Below, piece after piece: positions 63,300-64,000 of a DNA stretch of 64,000 nt (within the stretch, counting starts at the first letter, position 1; each line of letters opens with the position of its first letter). Below the pieces are notes generated by a model that was given only the letters and a program-made list of their open reading frames with translations, had not been told where the DNA came from and made no database searches. The translations under genes and the position numbers were made by a program. The stretch spans positions 36,766,001-36,830,000 of the forward strand of contig NC_090336.1 in the NCBI RefSeq assembly GCF_035084215.1, written 5' to 3'. The DNA comes from Heptranchias perlo. Taxonomy: Eukaryota.

Positions 63300-63590
63300 A
63301 AGTTATTGGCATTCTTCCTGTCTGCGTTGCTCCTCCTCCTGCTTGCATCATTCTCAATGTTTCTTTTTCTCAGCCTCCAAGTTCAACATTTCTAACTAGA
63401 ATGCTGTTTCCTTGTCATTTTGCTTCCGAGCAAGTTATGAAAACTCAATGCCTTTGCCTTTTTTGATCTGGTCAACATTTTTAAATACCAGTTTCTGTTC
63501 AGTTCACTTTTAAATTTTAAACATTTAAATCACCTTCATGCCACCAGTGCAAATCAGAATCCATGGTGGTTGCTACCAATTGTTCCAAAT
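63300..63590 (-). mobile_element. Possible decayed LTR-retrotransposon gag start
   Basis: Minus strand aacaaTTGGTAGCA (partial tRNA-iMet PBS-like), ATG shortly after, then E/K/R-rich coiled-coil-like remnants (LEMLNLEAEKK, EEEQRRQEE). Confidence 0.3.
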
Positions 63591-64000
63591 TTTTCGTCTG
63601 CACTAGATATTCTCTCAGGCTTAGAATCACTGGTAATTCCCATGAGCATCCCCTAAGATCTGGAGTACCTCTACCGCTCAATATCCAGTTACACAATAGC
63701 ATGACCCGGTACCGGAACAAATGAGAACCCTAGATGTGTGTACTGGATACTTCAATCTCGCACATGGGCCGCCCCTCCCACCCCCCACCACCCATCCCGT
63801 GCATTTCACCTTCAGGAAGCTGGACTCAAACTCTCTAATGAGATATGGTCCATTCTAAACCAAGAAGTTGGTTTATTTTGAAGTGTTCAGCAAAATTCAA
63901 TCTATTTCAGCAAGAGAGGAAGTCTTTCTATGTTGCCGACTGGCTCACTGAGCTGCCAATCAAAACTGAAACCTTGAATCAGAACCCCTCCCCACTAGCC

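Overview
Vertebrate genomic DNA, most likely a cartilaginous fish (inferred from the repeat repertoire: CR1/HER1-like LINEs, SacSINE1-like DeuSINEs, L2, Penelope, Harbinger). The window is intronic to a minus-strand SBF2 (MTMR13) gene. Three coding exons of its N-terminal DENN region are present (41796-41933, 27411-27533, 18845-18955; all phase 0, GT-AG). The rest is mostly transposon-derived: a near full-length but mutated CR1, many CR1/L2 fragments, a solo LTR with a 4-bp TSD, three Harbinger elements plus MITEs, and a single-ORF LINE family with a tRNA-like 5' head. The most structured signal is five insertions of one Penelope-like family. They have 10-12-bp TSDs, fixed ends, fold-back arms (one near-perfect 856-bp hairpin) and a minimal hammerhead ribozyme whose stems covary between copies. 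There is also a clean templated inverted-duplication scar. No prokaryotic system or CRISPR array is supported. All family assignments are from motif recognition, not database searches.
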